Positions 1 through 13,911 are shown, counted from the first letter of the stretch. The stretch: DNA of 64,000 bases from Ptychomitrium polyphyllum (GCA_973851085.1 OZ316775.1:7130001-7194000); one strand, 5' to 3'. Notes: generated by a model not told the origin, from the sequence alone. Program-made: numbers and translations.

Positions 1-1265
1 GCAAACAACTGTGACTACTAAAGGCTCATACCGGCCCACCACAACGAACGCGTCCCCGCAATCACACGCCCCACGATTCATTTTCCAGTCCATCGAACGG
101 CTCAACACCAGCGCCTCAGTAGCCCTCCGCCAGTCGCAAACACCCCTCCAATGCTTCCTTGGCCCGTAGCGATCCTCTTCCGTCCACGTCCAGGAGCTGA
201 CGGACGATTCCCGATGCCAAAAGTCGCCGGAAGTCTACTGAGACCGCATACGTGGAAGGAAGCTAAGCAACAGAAATTGGGACGAGCCTACTCTACGACG
301 CGGTGATGCTTCGATTCCAGAACATACACCGTACGGCGTATGATGGTTTTAGTGAGATACATACAGTACGGTGCTCGAGACGGGCGCCCTGGATTTCTTG
401 CGTACCGCAGTCGCTTCGCTCAGGTTGGCTCAAGTTCTCGGTGAAGTTCACTAAGGCGATCAATGGAACATGATATCGGCGGAAGAATCTGAGGAGCTCG
501 TTGCCAACTTGCAATAGGCGTTCCTGTCTAGTTGATGCACAATCTAGCTTGTACGGGAGCTAGGACTAGTAGCGGAGGAGGTGGTCGGAGGAAGTCGGCA
601 GGAAGGTCGTAAGGAATGGTGGTGTAAGATTTGTTTCATGTTCTCGTGGAGTAGTGCTTCTGTTGTGGGTGTCAGCAGCTCGGAGTCCGATCCTGGGTCG
701 GTTTCGTATGCGTTCCTAGAGTAGCTTGGGTAGGGGTGGGACCGGGTGGATGTGGTACTTTGTGTTTTGTTGGATTTGATACTTGTCTAGAAGAGTGAGA
801 GATTGACAAGTTGGCTGCAGGTTGGGTGAGTCGGTTGCAGCAGTGGGACGGTTGCAGTAGTGAGATGGGCGTTCAATCGAGGATTGGTTTGTGGTGCGGA
901 TACTGTTCCGAACGTTGCCCTTTTTGTCCTGCACGGGTTGGGTTGTACAACTGTTTGCAGAATAGCGTTCTGGCGTTGTAGGGTTGCTGTGTTGGCGTTC
1001 GTGAATTGGTCATGGCGGGTGGCGTTTAGGAGCGACTATATAAGTGACCGGAATTCTGTCTGAAGAAGATTTCATGGGTTGGATTCTCGTGCAGTTCAAT
1101 ACTAGAGTATGAATTTGAGAGGTTGCGGGATTGCAGTGGATGGTGGCACTGTGGAGTGAGGCGTTGTGGGGATTTGAGGAGGAGTTGACTAATTGCGATT
1201 GGAGGAGAGTGCCGGGTGGGATTTTAACTAGGGAGGATTTCAGTGTGGGCAACTCTGTTCCAGCC

Positions 1266-2402
1266 ATGGCGAGCACGAATCCAGGGCCACATCCTTTTTC
1301 GCTCATCCGAGCGGCATCGATCACGCCGGCGGCGCAGAGCAGCTTGCAATCGCTCCTCAGCCAAGGCTCCCAGGATCTAGCCGATTTTGTGTGGCCGGAG
1401 GAGGAGCGGCCCACTATCCCGCACAACGACTACCGTCGTGATCGTGAGCTCCCTGTCATCGACCTCTCGGGCTTGCAGGATGGCACTCCAGAGACGAAGC
1501 TGAGACTGGCGAAGCGGATCGCCGCGGCGTGCTCGCAGTGGGGGTTTTTCCAGCTCATAAACCACGGAATCCCTGTCGTCGAGCTCGACGAGGTCCAGAA
1601 CAGAACTCGCCATTTCTTCGAGCTCCCCATGGAGCACAAGCAGTGCGCTACGAACCTCGAGTCCGCCAACGCCAACGACAACGTGTTCGGCTACGGGCTT
1701 AACACCGCGGGGTACAAATACGCCGGCCGCCCTTGGATCGAGCGCTTCCAGTGCAGCTGGTCGCCCAAATCCAATCTGCGCGAGCAAGCCCAACGCCTCC
1801 TCGACGGCCAAGCGTGCGAAGATTTCCAGAAAGCCGTTGAGTCATTCTGCGCCGGCGCAGAGAAATTGGCCAATCTCACACTCGAGCTCTGCGCTCTGGG
1901 GTTGGGCCTCTCGCCCGATACTTTCGTTAAACACATGAACCCCTCTCAATCTATTGCCCGCTTGAATTACTATCCCGCGTGCCCCACCCCCGACCTCACC
2001 CTCGGCCTGGGCGCGCACACGGACCCCTACACGCTCACCATGCTGCACCAATGCCAAGTGGGCGGGTTGCAGGTGTGCAAGGACGGGAAATGGATCACGG
2101 TGAAGCCGCGGCGCGGCGCGTACGTCGTCAATGTCGGTGACAACCTGCAGGCTTGGACGAATGGCCGCTTCAAAAGCGTGGAGCATCGCGCTGTGTTGAA
2201 CGACAAGGTGCCTCGCCTCTCGCTCGTGTTTTTCTACGCGCCTCCGCTGGACACTGTGATCTCGGCTCCACCCGAGATCGTGCAGGCAGACAGAAAACAG
2301 CGCTACAAGAGCTTCACGTGGGGCGAGTACCTCAACTACTTGAAGCGGCAGAACTATGAGAAAAGGAAGAATGAACAGTGGGTTGAGGGGTTTGCTCTCT
2401 GA
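1266..2402 (+). CDS. 2-oxoglutarate/Fe(II)-dependent dioxygenase (DOXC class, GA20-oxidase-like), intronless, 378 aa
   Basis: First in-frame ATG in good context (gccATGG) at 1266. DIOX_N motifs LPVIDL and ACSQWGFFQLINHGIP; NYYPACPTP; Fe-binding HTD...H (VEHRAVLN); 2OG-binding RLS. Confidence 0.93.
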   Translation: MASTNPGPHPFSLIRAASITPAAQSSLQSLLSQGSQDLADFVWPEEERPTIPHNDYRRDRELPVIDLSGLQDGTPETKLRLAKRIAAACSQWGFFQLINHGIPVVELDEVQNRTRHFFELPMEHKQCATNLESANANDNVFGYGLNTAGYKYAGRPWIERFQCSWSPKSNLREQAQRLLDGQACEDFQKAVESFCAGAEKLANLTLELCALGLGLSPDTFVKHMNPSQSIARLNYYPACPTPDLTLGLGAHTDPYTLTMLHQCQVGGLQVCKDGKWITVKPRRGAYVVNVGDNLQAWTNGRFKSVEHRAVLNDKVPRLSLVFFYAPPLDTVISAPPEIVQADRKQRYKSFTWGEYLNYLKRQNYEKRKNEQWVEGFAL

Positions 2403-5400
2403 AGGGGTCTCCATAGCGCGTCGCCCTTCGAGTATCTTGCATTAGGTGAGGAAATAATTTCTACCAACTTTTAGAGTCAGCTTAAAATTTGATGACTTTC
2501 TGTTCCGTGCGCTGGAATGAGTATGCTGCGAATGAGGGTCGAGTACTTGAATTAACCAACCGTCCACGAAATTTTTAGTGAAATTTTTCTTTTTAAAATA
2601 ATATCATCATCTCGTGAAATGCCCATGGATTCGAATTGGGTGCTTGGTCGGTGCGTCAGGCTTCTAGGTTGATTGAACTTCATTGCAAATGCAAAGGAGT
2701 CGAGGATAACAACATCGTGACCTGTGTATGGCGTCATCAACGAGGACAGTCTTTGTAAATGAGATATAAACTTGAATTAGCGCAGTCTTTGTAAGAGCTG
2801 AAGCGGCATCATGGTCTACCTTTTAAGTTTGTAGAAGTGGAGGGGTTACATAGCAGGTGTTCTCGAGTATTCTCTTGTTGGTGCTGCCCTGGTCATCACC
2901 AACTGTCGTTCTGGTATGTACTCTGTATTGAATTTTTTTTTACAGCAATCTTGTGTATGTTGAGATCTTTCTACGCTTGAGATTGGATCAGAATGGAAAC
3001 AAATGAATTGGCTCGCTCATTCTTTTCATGTTTCAATACTCGAAGGCTTCTCTATTTCTGTTCACTTTCTGGTGTGGCATTCAGTTTTCATCAACTCAAG
3101 ATTGTGCATGTGCAGGTACTGATTCAAGGGGCGCAGTTATCATGGAGAAGATTCTTTGAGAACGTTGAAATGACTTAGGAACTCTGGTCAATCTGCATGA
3201 CCACGTTTCCCATACATTACTGCGTTTCTCATGTTTCCCTTGCTGGTAACTTACTCATCGTGAGAGGTGACGAGTCCCCGGGATGCTGCATCAGTGACAT
3301 CGTGTTAACTTTCAGATCCTTTTTGTTGCTGTGCTCAACACCCACTACTCTTATCTCCCATAGAGTTTTGGTGGGAACAGCGTGACTTATTTTATTCGTT
3401 GGATATTTCTGTACCATTCTGTGGCTGAAGATTGTTTTGTGCATACCATTACACAGTTGGTACTGAAATAAATGAATTGCTGTTATTTTTTTTGTTTCAG
3501 CTTCTTTTCGTTTCAATTTTACGTGAAAAAACAGCTTAGCTTTTGCAGCTGCACATACCCTGTCAACTTTTGAAATGAAATTTTGTTGTGTGGGTTTATT
3601 TGTGTCAACCTGTGGGTGTACGCTAAATTGCACTATCTCTGCATGACCGGCAATCACTCTCATGTGCAGGGCATCTTTGCTTCAAAATGGGGCCATGCCT
3701 TAGTGTTTGTGAGACAACTCTAACAATCGGTAAGTGCATGGCTTGTGCCTTGAAGTGAACCTAATAAAAGCGAACAGAGTGTCAGTCAGTTTTATATTCA
3801 GGATAAAAATTGCCGTCTCGTTTGTGGACTGGCATGAATTAATTGCCTGTTTCTCCACTATCCAAAGTTGCCTAAGTACTAAGAATATTCCATACTTAGG
3901 TAAAGGATCTTTCATATTTGAACATGCTTTTATCATTTTATTGTATTCTACACTAGTCTAATATGAATTGGCATCCAAAACAAAGAAGTTAAAGTTCTCA
4001 TGTATAATAACTACCTGTGAATTGATATCTTTTTTCATGTAAATTTCAAGTAATGTAAGTTTTGCTATATTGGAGTACGAGATGAATTCTGCAAAGCTAA
4101 TGTTAGATGTAAAAACAATGAATGTGCTTGAAAGTTCTATTGGAAATGAATTTGTACCCTAATAGCCTTGCAATTTCATAACCTTGCATAGTTTATCATT
4201 ACAACCTACATGGAGGAATAATGAAGGTATCAATCACCATAATAATAAAGAAATAGATTCATAAAAAGACTAAAAATATGTTATACATTACTCTCCATTT
4301 TCTCAAGAAAATTATGCACTTTGAAATATAATGTCAAAAATTTCCATACTGTTGTACACACAAATTCTTGCAATCTTCTTATTGGGTTTATTATTTACAT
4401 TGTAGTCAATTGCGTTAAAGATCTTATGAATTTACATGCGTTATAGCATTTATACCATTTTTCATCTTGTTCCATCTATTGCACTACAACAATCTAATGA
4501 AGGTCTTACTTCAAAATTGAAAAGATCATTTTAAATTTAATATGACAATAATTATACTAGTATTTACAATTGTGACAAATATACATTTTTTACATAAGAA
4601 AATGAATCACATCCATCAATCTTAAATGTGAATAAGTGCATGTGACAAAATTCTATTCACTTTATAGAAGTTAGTTGCTATTGACATAAAATTTGCCTTT
4701 AAATTACAACCCTTATATTAAGACATGTCATTGAAATCCAATTAAGCACAAATAATTGTAATGGAGCATTACAATGAAGAATTGCAAATGAAGAGTAACA
4801 AATGTTCATTTTTTGAAACCATACTTTACAATTCAAATTGCCACTTGTTATTGGCCTCCTTCAAAATGTATTGCACCATCTATAACAATGGTGCATTCTA
4901 CAATATTGTTACTAACATTGTCTTTTGTCATTTACATTAAGAAATCAAATATAAAAAACCTTCTTACTTGTGTTTTAATTTTGGTTTCTATGATGTAATT
5001 GCTTTAAGAAGGGCTATTAATAATTGCAAGGTATGAATTTTTTTCATGCAAAACATGGTTTCATAAATGACTATTTTATGTGGAAAATTCCTTGGTGATA
5101 AAAAAACAAAAAACACCATAATCAACTATAGAGTAGATTTTTTAAGCCTAGGTGTAGTTACATATAGCTGTAAATTTAAAATATATAGAATGTTGTTATA
5201 ATTATATGATTTGAAAATTTGAATATAAGTAACATTTTTGTGCTCTAATAACCTAACCATTATTCTACATCTAAGTCTTTTGAATATGAGATATAGACCA
5301 AGAATGCAAGAGTATTCTTTATTCTTACATAAAACAAGGTAGAAACAATGTAAATTATCTTTTAATCAAAATATTTCTAACAAATAGAAATAGATTTTAA

Positions 5401-6264
5401 AAATTCACTTGAGATGTTATCTTCTATATTAATCCACTTATAATGCTTGTTACTTAGACTTTATATTTAATAAAAAAAAGGTTCAGTTTACATTGGCAAA
5501 TTCTATTAATTTTGATATAATGACACTAATGCATGCATCTTAAGGCCATTATTCAAACATCTTTTCAAATATTTGTAAAAAACTCATAATAGCTACATAA
5601 TATTACTTTTTAAAAATTATGTTAAACTTCAAAATTTGGTTATTAAACAAATAAAAACTTCTAGATATACATAGCTTGAAAAAAAACTTCTAATTTAGTC
5701 TCATTAATTCATTATTATGAAGGATGTCAATTTAACTATTTTTATTCAATAGTGTGGTTATTCATCCTTGTATAAATTTGCCCTTTTCCTCTAAAATTGT
5801 CAATTTAACTAATAGTCATTTTATACCAATCATATCACTCATCTTTATACATATTTATTTTATTTTAATTAGTTTTGTTTAATACCAATTATCTTTAGCA
5901 ATATTAAAGCCATAGTTATGCATATTGCTGCTTGATCCATCCACCTCCTAAAGAAAATATGGTTGTTGTTCAAATGTATTAGTGTTTATTTGTTAGGCTA
6001 TGGAAATAAGAGATAGCTTTTGCTGGTAATGTTATAAATCCTTTGAAATTTCATGTATGGTCATTTTAAGTTTTAAGACACATTCAATGCTTGTTCAATG
6101 ATTATACTACATTCCTACTTGCTATTTTTTCAAAATGATTCAATACATATTAATATATTAAAAATAACTAGTTAAAAAAAGTGGCAATTTTAAGAAAGTT
6201 CTAATTAATATATATTACTATTTGAAAATATTATGTTCAAGTAGTGAAAATAATAATAATACTA

Positions 6265-6587
6265 CTTTATCATAACATTCTTCTGTTACTAGTACAATAT
6301 TCTTTTTTAAGCCTTTTAGTCACCATCATAACATTCTTCAGCAGGCTTTATTCATTGTTATCACAACATTTTTTAGTATGCTTTTTAATCACCATCATAA
6401 CATTCTTTGGTACGCTTTTCAATCACCATCATAACATTTTTCAACATGCTTGATTAATCACTATCACAACATTCTTTAACAAGCTATTTAAACACCATCA
6501 TAACATTCGTTAGCAGACTTTATTAATCACCATCATAATATTTTATTGATCACTATCATAATGTTCTTCAACAGACTTCTCAGTCAC
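6265..6587. repeat. Degenerate minisatellite, ~33-35 bp unit (consensus ~AATCACCATCATAACATTCTTCAGCAGGCTTTATT), roughly 9 copies
   Basis: CACCATCATAACATT and variants recur at ~34-bp spacing at the edge of an AT-rich block. Confidence 0.75.
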
Positions 6588-6873
6588 ATGCAATAGAAAG
6601 AGGCCAAGCCTTCTAAATTCCCAATTATAAGAATCCATAAACTTTCCATACTACATCCAAACAATAAAGTTTAAAGTATATTTGCAAACTTTGTGCTCCT
6701 CTGGGAATGATTCAATTAAAAGAATTGTGCTTTGTGAGTATCAACCATGCTCAACGGCATTAGTCACAGTCATGTGTGGTGAAGCTGGAGCTATGCGTGT
6801 TGCGGCTGATCCACCCATCTGCTCAAGCGGGTATGGTTGTCGTACAAATGTATTACTGTCCTCTGGGTAGGCC

Positions 6874-7900
6874 ATGGAGGTTATTGGCAGTGTGAAGCAC
6901 TGCATCGAACTTCTGAAGGTTGCTTCTCAAACCGAGTACAAGAAGCTTATGGATTTATGTATTTTATGTTTGTCAGCCAGACCTTGGACCTCTGACGAAA
7001 GAAACCAGATTTGCGAGTTTGTGTGTTTGAGCAATACCTGACTTCAGACTCTGCAACCGACTTCAGCGCTCGCTTGCAGCTGCCCTTGACGAAAAGGGAC
7101 AGGCAGAAGAATTTCGCAAGATGTGCACAGAGAGCCCTGGGTCGCTACCTGCAGTGTGCTATTGAGCCCAACGAGCTGGTTAAATGAGCAGAGGGTCAAG
7201 AGGTGTTCAAGAGAGGTTTGACAAGCAATTGTGTCTGGCGCGGTAAAACAATTCTAGGAGTATTGAGCTTTTCCAAATCGTCCTGGGCATAGATAAGGAA
7301 GCATCGGATGCGCTGATTTCTTCTGTAAAGATGTCAGACTATGGAGAGGATGTTCTGGCTATGCCCGAGCAGGCCTTCGCAAGAGCCTGGGGCAACACTT
7401 AGGCTTGTGCAGAGAGCAATGAGAAGGCGGTTTTCAATTTATGCTTGTTCTTTGAACCCCTCCGAAAAGCCAATGTTGCGCAGGCTGTCGTTGAAATTCT
7501 GCATCACGACGACTTTGCAGAAATTTAAATGCAGAATTTAGATTTATTTTAAAGAGTATAATCGAGGCGGCTTCCTACGTGGGACACAGAAACCAGTGTG
7601 AGAAAGAAGATTGATAAGTTTTTTATCAACGTAAAAACCAGTAAGAGAGCGATGATAGTTGCTATCTTTGTTGACGTTCTGAATGGGCGTTTGTTCTTAA
7701 CCATCTCTGGTCGAATGAAGTTGTTTCTTGACTGATACTGGCTTCAGCACGACTGTTTTTCCGATGTCCGCACCTGCCGCCGTGTTCCTCATTTGCAGAT
7801 GAATCTGCAACCAGCCGTACAACAGTGTGAGCGAATTATATCATGAGCTTTCGATGAGTACAGAGACACAACCTGAACATGATTTTCTTCGCGAAGGATC
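6874..7900 (+). pseudogene. Disrupted BTB/POZ-associated plant protein gene (At3g50780/At1g63850-type C-terminal region)
   Basis: Three collinear family-like blocks: VKHCIELLKVASQ...CILCLSARPWTSDERNQI (6874-7020), NLCLFFEPLRKANVAQAVVEIL (~7435-7500) and IFVDVLNGRLFLTISGRMKLFLD* (~7665-7735). Interrupted by TGA at 7039 and 7733 plus frameshifts. Confidence 0.55.
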
Positions 7901-9074
7901 ATTGGTAAATTATTGTGATTTGAAACAAGCTCACATGATGTAGGTGGAAAACATGGTCAGCAAAGCGCCTGTGTAAACAGAAGTAAGCAGCATCACTTGC
8001 AGATAAAGAATGAATCACTATGCTGGGACGTCCAAGAAGAGGATCGAAATCGGAACATCGATTCCGGTGCCCACTGAAGGAGGATCTGCACATACAATGA
8101 TGCGGGGGAACCTGAAGGAGCAAAATTAGAATCCTGAAGTACTTCAAGCTCCTCCAGGGCCTGGCTTGTAATTACATCAATATTGGACATAGATGAGCAC
8201 AACGTGCAGGTCTCCGCATGACGACCATCAAGACCGAATGTTGTAAATGAATTTCATTGGTGTAGAAGGAGATTACTGGTAAAAGAAGTTTGCTCTTGCA
8301 GTGGGTAAGAGCCATTAGAACACCCCATTATGCCCAGAAACCATGTCAAGTTCACAGCTCAGTTTCACAAATTTGAAACACAGGCCTTAACTGTTAACCT
8401 CGGCAGACATCCCAAGTTAATCCTTTGAAGTGGACATTTTCGTGACACTGAGATACAGTTCGATGTATAACATCACTGTGCAGGAGTTTTTACTTTCGCA
8501 TTCTGAGAGATCTGTATATTTTTGTTATGCTGCTCTATTGCGATATGAACACCTAGGAGTTTTTTATCTACATCAAGAAAGCATTGGGCTACTAGGGAAA
8601 GATAGTGTTAACTGTAGCTCTTTGGAACTCAAATTATGTAAATTATGTAAAGTCGTTTTGATGACTTCACTGAAATACTTGGTTGCATTGAGAGTTAATG
8701 TCAAGACATTACTTTCACCAACTTACGGTTTACTCTGCAACAAAGAGGACCTTTAATACAGGTTTGCACTTTTAATACAAGTTGCTGCCATCAAAGGTCA
8801 ACCATCAGTTCGGACTTAGTATCATTCTGCAAATTCTAGAGTTCCGTGCATGGACCCAATACCACAGATATTGGGAAGGCTAGATATGAGCACGGAGCCA
8901 GTCATCTTTTATACCAATTTTTTTGATTGTACCATATTTTGATATGTACTTCAACTCTCAGCTCAGTCACGTCTCCACCTTCACCAGTGCAGGTTAACTC
9001 TTACGGTCAAGTTAAGGCCCTGAATCTATATTATTGCTTGCCTTTTCTAGGGTTGCCAAATATTTTTCCTTCTT

Positions 9075-12000
9075 ATACAGGTCCTCCTTGAGCGCATCCT
9101 CCTTCTTTTTCTGACAGGCTTGGGAAATCTGTAATAACAAAATTATTAGCTGCAATGTATGCAGCTATTTCAATCCCGTATTTGTTGAACCTCATCAGGA
9201 GGCACCAAGGTGCAACTCTCACTGACATCGAGTGAGTCGTAGCGTACAACTGCGTGCAATTGCCCAAAAAGTGTGAATCATACATTACCATGTGCTTTAC
9301 CTTGCATTAGCAATCGCAGTCGTAATTATGACAGCTCAGGTAGTGTCATTATTCAGCCAGGTAGTCGTAATTATTCAGCCATTTACGTTTGGAAGTAAGT
9401 GACTGAGGTTCAGCGATATACCTGAGTCTCTGACTTTTTATTGGAAATTTTACAGTTACAAAACAAGGAATGATTGTACCTTATCAAGTTTTTCATACTT
9501 CTGTTTCTTTTCAAATTAATATGCTTGTAGATGCCTCTTACTGATTTTCTCTACCTGAAGTTCAATTTCACAGTGCAACTCTGTCTCCTCCTTCAGGGTG
9601 TTCATCGCTAGCAATTCAGGTGACATAACGGTGTCCACGACAGCTGCCAATGTGCCACTGCATCACAAAGAGTTCAAATAGTTAGATTGTATAGAAATTA
9701 GCAGATGAACAGTTTTAGAGCTTAGAAAGCAAACGTAGCTTCAACACTATAGTAACACTGAGCTGACTCTCCAGTTCTTACCCCACTTGGACTTGCAATG
9801 TGCTCACTTACAAGTGGTGGAAATACTTACGACTTACAAGGATCGAGCTCAGCACTCAAGTTGTTAATGAAGTCCAGCCGGTCCAAGCAATGTATTGCTG
9901 TCTCGAGCCGGGCCGTAACTGAGAAATCGATTGACAGGGCATTTGCTAATTTATAGGAAAATGCAACTGTGAGAAGTTTACCTCCTTTCTTGCCCATTAT
10001 TTGGCCTTCTCACCCTGGTATGTTGAAATGGAGGATAATGTAAGGTGGAGTATATGTTTGAAACCTATTCTGTCTGGCAAAACGCATCTACAATTCATCC
10101 ACAAGGACAGTACTTTGAACATGTTAAGCTCATTGCAACGGGTGTAGGTGCACGTCCCGAGACACTTCTGAAAGTTTGTTTTCTTACATATACTTCAGTC
10201 TGGTTCAGTGCACTGTAAAGATCCGTGGAAAAAGAAGCAGGTACATCAGCACTGCCGCAAATGTCCAGGAACGATGCTCACTTGTTGTGCATTTGCATAA
10301 ATTTCTCCTGAAGTCCAACCTCCTGGACGGGACATAACTATGGATTTCAGTTCCGCGATAAATGTCTATATATAGTGCCAACCTCAGCCTGTGTGTTTAT
10401 GAACTACTGTTTCTGGAGTGGTTAAACCAGGTAATTAAACAAATTGGGACTTGGTTACTCTCTAATTTCAACCTGTCACGAAAAAGATACTCTCATAGCC
10501 CAGGAACACCGAATGAGGATTAGACTAAGGAAAGAGCGTACCATGAGGTGCTCGTTGGGAAATACTCAAGAGGGGAATGAATTGCTTACAGGAAACGATA
10601 TGTAATGCTCAGCAATCTTGCCTATGCACATCACAACGTCACTCTCTGGAACGTCTTGCGCACAAGTCAAGAAAAGCTTCACAAACCTGTCACATAAAAA
10701 TTATCAGCCATCTCGATAATGAGCTTAGGAGGCGAATTCTTCAGATTCCAAGTTTAGAGCTGTTAGTTTGACACAAAAGTACAACAGACTGAGTACCTTG
10801 TTTCCTACTTATTTCTTTGTCGCATACAAGAAGCTTGTTAAGAATGTTGATAAATCCCTTGAGATTAACGGTCTTTGAGCTCTCCTGATCAAACCAACCG
10901 CTTCAGTAACTTCAAATATATTTATCATTCTATTAATTATGTTCACAGCTCATTGGATAAATCCAACATACTCATGGGGGCATTCAGAGGTCAAATTGGA
11001 GCTCAGCGTCCCATTCCTAATAATAGTCTGATAATACGTACAGGTGAAAAAGGGAAAGTCGAGTAATTTCTTGTGAACTGTTGAGGACACAGTCACTCAA
11101 CGGTCCTTTAATTATTCAAGAACATATTCCAGGAATGCAGCTGAATTTGCAGTCACATCTTTGATTTCGACCAGTTTACCCAGCAGATCCACAATGCACT
11201 AATTTTTACAACATAAGAGAGAACGTATTGTTAGCGTGATACAACTCCTAATCTACCCAAAAGCTTCTGTTACATAATTCTGTCGCATCCATAGTGTATT
11301 GAACTTAATTGGATCCACCACTTGTGTTCCTTCTAATGAGGTTGTGAGTTTCATAGCATCTAGGCAAATTTTATACTTCACGTGGTCCAGAACAATATCC
11401 ACGCACGATTTTCCAAGATCACAATTGAGCCTATCGGACAGGTTCGATCTGTTTCTGCGAGGAATTTCATGATTCCATAAAACCTTCCTTGTGGTAATAA
11501 ATTATCCGTGGTAATAAATTATCCATCCCATTTGGGAAAGAGTCCTTTGTACTGCGCAGAAAGTGTCAGTTGCTGCGCCAATCATATATGAAGCCACGTC
11601 GCCAATATTTGCTTCAAAGTTGAGAACATGTGAGGAATAGAACTTCAGAAGTAACAACATTCAAAGCAAAAGCAAATTCTTAGGTCCCAGTTATTGACCA
11701 GATAACTCAGTGCGTACATTGAGCTAATGCACATTTGGTCACTATAGTAGTCAACACTAGAGCAGATGTTTGAGAGTTACGTCGAGGAATAGAGCTGCTT
11801 CCACAGGTGCTCCATCACAACCAATAGTAGCCGTTGTGATGCTTCCAAAGCGCTTCACAATATCCTGTAAAAGCTCATTGCTTAAGCTTTCCTGCAATAC
11901 GTCGGTTAATCAACACGTCAAAATTTGATTGAATTATGTGAAATCGAATTACATCGTCTTCAAATCACTCTGGTAAACTCTGTTCCGCATTCCCTTCTAC

Positions 12001-13480
12001 CTTGTTTCCAGTGTGCTTGATTATTTGCACATAAAGGTTGTTTTTACAGAACCGATAGATCCGAGCTATACAAATTCAAGTTAAGAAAATCCTGGAAGGT
12101 ATGCTTTCAAGGTATCTATGCCCTAGAAATGGACCTGTGAAGTACTCACAATAATCCAGTTTATCCAGCACAATGGAAGGCAATGAATTATTAGTGTTGT
12201 CTCAGCCCTCATGAGTTTATTAACTATTGTTACAGTTACCCATATGCACCACTTTGCCCTAATGATGGACCCAATGCATGTATCCATTAGGATCAAGTTG
12301 GAAATCGCATTGCAAAGGTAGGTTACGTAGACATAAGTAGTAGGATACCCGATTGTTAGAAAGCCTCATAATCATTCGTCGGATTGAATGTCCAAAAGTC
12401 TGCGAAGAGTTTCATAAGTCCTAGAAATCTCTGGCAGCAGGCTGGTTGCCGACGAGACATCGGTCCTGAAAACCATCTATCTTCCAAACACCAAACCACC
12501 TCATTCCTCTTTAAATGTACTTCATCTGAATGGTGTTGTAGCAATTCCTTTTACACCTCGTCCTTAAATCTCGAAGCCCTCATACTTCTACTGACGTCTT
12601 TGAACAGAATGCAACGGCTCTCATACAAAAGAAGCAAACGGATGAGGGAACAGGTAGACCTAACCATGGACCACAGGCAACAATTCTTAATCTCAACCTA
12701 GAAGTGCTGGTATGAGATTTCAGCGGGAGTACAACATTAGAGGAGTGTACTGTACTTGCGATCATGGATTTGTCATCATGGCCAGAAGTACACCCAATGA
12801 AACCGTTGGCATCAGTCAATTAATTTCATTGTGAGCAGTATCTCTGGAAATGAAAATGTCGATCACCATTTACCTTAATTGTTTCAAGCAATAGTTTCAA
12901 TAATTCCAATGGTCTCAATCAGTACTGTCTTTCTATCCACAACGTTGTGTTACACTTAGATCACATATGTGCATCAGCCATCACCCTAGTCCTTTGGCTT
13001 CCTCATAGACAATTGGCATTTGTCACTTCAGCTCAAAATGTACATTTCACGCATGATTGAAATCTACAATGATGCCTACTTTAGAGGTCAGAGATTCAAC
13101 AGCTGGTTAACAAACTTACCTCCTGGCATCTATAACCTGGAGGTGTTTTCTGATAACTGTTGAAGATGCTGTAGCACAATTATATCCGCATGCACGTATG
13201 CTTATTTAACTTTTAAGTTTTGGTAACTCAAGTTGGTTAGTAACCATATTCTTAGAGTTCTGGACTCCGGACATCAGTTCGTTGAGAAGCAGTAGTTAAG
13301 TCCTCGGCATTATCAGATCCCAGTTTCTGAGCTCCCGAGCTATGAATCTGTAAAAGTCTTGATTGTTTTGGAAAGGATTCAACTGCTTGAACGTTTCTCA
13401 ATTTCGCTTCATGATTACTTAAGATTGGGCCCTGTATCTTCTTGTTTTCATCGTAGGTCTTCCGTGTAGGTGTAGAAACC
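9075..13480 (-). pseudogene. Decayed multi-exon gene remnant, product not identified
   Basis: Repeated minus-strand donor-like sites (e.g. GGTAAGT at ~13119, GGTAAA at ~12873 and ~9981) flank short protein-like stretches (RPLELLKLLLETIK; ATSLLPEISRTYETLRRLLDIQSDE; ESLSNELLQDIVKRFG; TVMSPELLAMNTLKEETELHCEIELQ). Stops and frameshifts prevent an intact model. Confidence 0.35.
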
Positions 13481-13911
13481 ACTAAGAGTTTGGAATGTAT
13501 GAATGCTCAAAGCAAACAGATTACAGTACCTTCAAGACCGTCACCAGGCTGCAGGTAAAATATGCTGAGACACATAAAGTGCCGTATGCGATAATAAAAT
13601 GACGTGTAGCAATGCGCGAAACATCAGATTCCATGGAACTATCATAGTGATACACATGATCCCTATGAGATAAGATTGATTCTCAAAGCTGAGTTGCAGT
13701 TATCATTCATGTCATCTCATATCCAGCTACTAATAATTTGGCTGCCAGGCCAGGTGACAGTATCAACCACGTCGAACAAAGACAAGGATATATATTGCGG
13801 TCGGAGTTTGATATGATGCATTACAAGTCACTTGATATTAAGTTACATTCGAACATCTTCGAACCAATGCAAGACGTTGATGCTGAAGCGGATGACGAAC
13901 AAGCGATCGAG

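Noticed and set aside
1131..1265. 45-aa N-terminal extension of the dioxygenase ORF
   Set aside because: Starts at TTG; the region looks like 5' UTR or UTR intron (TTTCAG acceptor-like site at ~1243), and the ATG at 1266 has good context.
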